Source: an uncultured delta proteobacterium (GTDB taxonomy: Bacteria > Myxococcota > Myxococcia > Myxococcales > Myxococcaceae). Taken from it: a stretch of 64,000 nt of DNA. Location of the stretch: the NCBI GenBank assembly GCA_963796475.1, contig CAWCLY010000003.1, forward strand, positions 80,922 through 144,921, in the 5' to 3' direction. A program made the position numbers and the translations under genes. Numbering within the stretch: position 1 is the stretch's first letter; each line of letters opens with the position of its first letter. Under the pieces are notes generated by a model that saw only the letters and a program-made list of their open reading frames with translations, did not search any database and was not told the DNA's origin. Below are positions 63,206 through 64,000 of the stretch, one piece after another.

Positions 63206-64000
63206 TCACCAGACCTTGCACACCTTCTCGGCTGGCTTGGTCATGGGCTGCCCCGGCTTGCAGGAGAAGGCCGCGCCGAACTCGGGCATGTTCACCACCA
63301 GGCCGTTCACCCGGTAGCGCGGAGGCGAGTGGGGGTCGGTGCGCGCGAGGAGCCGCTCCGTCTCCGGCCGCATGTTGGTGCAGGCCCACTGCGCGTTCCC
63401 CACGAAGAAGCGCTGCTCGGGGGTGAGCCCGTCGATGGGCGCGAGCCGCTCCGCGGCGGTGGCCGCCTTCCACGCCCGGTAGGCGAGGATGAGCCCGCCG
63501 AGGTCCGCCACGTCCTCTCCGATGGTGAGCTTGCCGTTCACGTGGACGTCGTCCACGGCGATGTAGCTCGAGAACTGCTCGGAGATGCAGGCGGTTCGCC
63601 TGCTGAACTCCGCCGCGTCCTCCTGGGTCCACCAGTCCTTGAGGTTCCCCTTGGCGTCGTACTGGCGGCCCTCGTCGTCGAAGCCGTGGGTGAGCTCGTG
63701 TCCGATGGTTCCCCCGGTGTTCCCGTAGCCTGGCGCCGCGTCAATCTTCGGGTCGAACAGCGGCGGCTGGAGGATGCCGGCCGGGAAGTTCATGCCGTTC
63801 ATCGAGGGGTTGTAGTAGGCGTTGACCGACTGCGGTGTCATCTCCCACTCGCCGCGGTCCGCCGGCTTGCCAATCCGCCCGAGCTGCCGGGCGGTCTCGA
63901 AGCGCATCGATCGGGCGACGTTCCCCCGGAAGTCGTCGGCGGCGAGCTCGATCGCGCCGTAGTCCCGCCACTTGTCGGGGTAGCCGATGTTGTTGGCCAT
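63206..64000 (-). CDS. M13-family (neprilysin/PepO-like) zinc metallopeptidase, C-terminal part; the 5' end lies beyond the window
   Basis: ...GGTIGHELTHGFDDEGRQYD (HExxH)...GEDVADLGG...NMPEFGAAFSC...KVW. The frame is open to nt 64000. Confidence 0.9.
   Translation of the reverse strand: MANNIGYPDKWRDYGAIELAADDFRGNVARSMRFETARQLGRIGKPADRGEWEMTPQSVNAYYNPSMNGMNFPAGILQPPLFDPKIDAAPGYGNTGGTIGHELTHGFDDEGRQYDAKGNLKDWWTQEDAAEFSRRTACISEQFSSYIAVDDVHVNGKLTIGEDVADLGGLILAYRAWKAATAAERLAPIDGLTPEQRFFVGNAQWACTNMRPETERLLARTDPHSPPRYRVNGLVVNMPEFGAAFSCKPGQPMTKPAEKVCKVW

Overview
Very GC-rich (roughly 70-75 % by eye) bacterial chromosomal segment. Gene content and codon usage look Myxococcota/Anaeromyxobacter-like, which is an inference only. 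I can support about 58 protein-coding loci, one cobalamin riboswitch and one pair of ~110-nt inverted repeats. I saw no rRNA, tRNA, CRISPR array, transposase, integrase or phage genes.

Gene order:
- tamA(partial)-tamB-exbB-exbD-tonB (+)
- TfoX-like (-), AraC regulator and a small hypothetical (+)
- uppP-NUDIX-manC-like-PMM/PGM-purE-purK (-)
- DUF4136-like lipoprotein, OM beta-barrel, mltF (+)
- two lipoproteins (-) divergent from a CadC/ToxR-like membrane regulator
- ahcY and a CGNR zinc-finger protein (-)
- GST / arginase-family / M20 peptidase (+)
- metK, peroxiredoxin-like, YcaQ-like, ADOP-type permease (-)
- GT39 glycosyltransferase (-), two M16 peptidases (+), PPK2 (-), alpha/beta-hydrolase lipoprotein
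- a stand-alone B12-binding (Wx9EH) module
- a Tat-signal haloacid dehalogenase plus LysR pair bracketed by inverted repeats
- hprK-rapZ-EIIA/B/C/D(Man)-ptsH-ptsI (-)
- GT22 mannosyltransferase, an unknown secreted protein, HIT, Fur-family regulator, lipoprotein
- a cobalamin-riboswitch-controlled operon (btuB-like receptor, novel Cys-rich lipoprotein, btuF, btuC, btuD, tonB) (-)
- the 3' part of an M13 peptidase gene (-)

Main caveats: about 25 loci, including housekeeping genes such as metK, ptsI, hprK and tamB, are broken by frameshifts. The breaks cluster in blocks that alternate with long intact blocks. I label these loci 'pseudogene' because the frame is disrupted in this sequence, but assembly indels are the more likely cause. 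Most long ORFs in the six-frame track are GC-driven artefacts on the wrong strand or frame.

Most interesting candidates:
- the uncharacterised lipoprotein embedded in the B12 uptake operon
- the orphan CarH-like B12 sensor module
- the inverted-repeat-bracketed dehalogenase/LysR cassette
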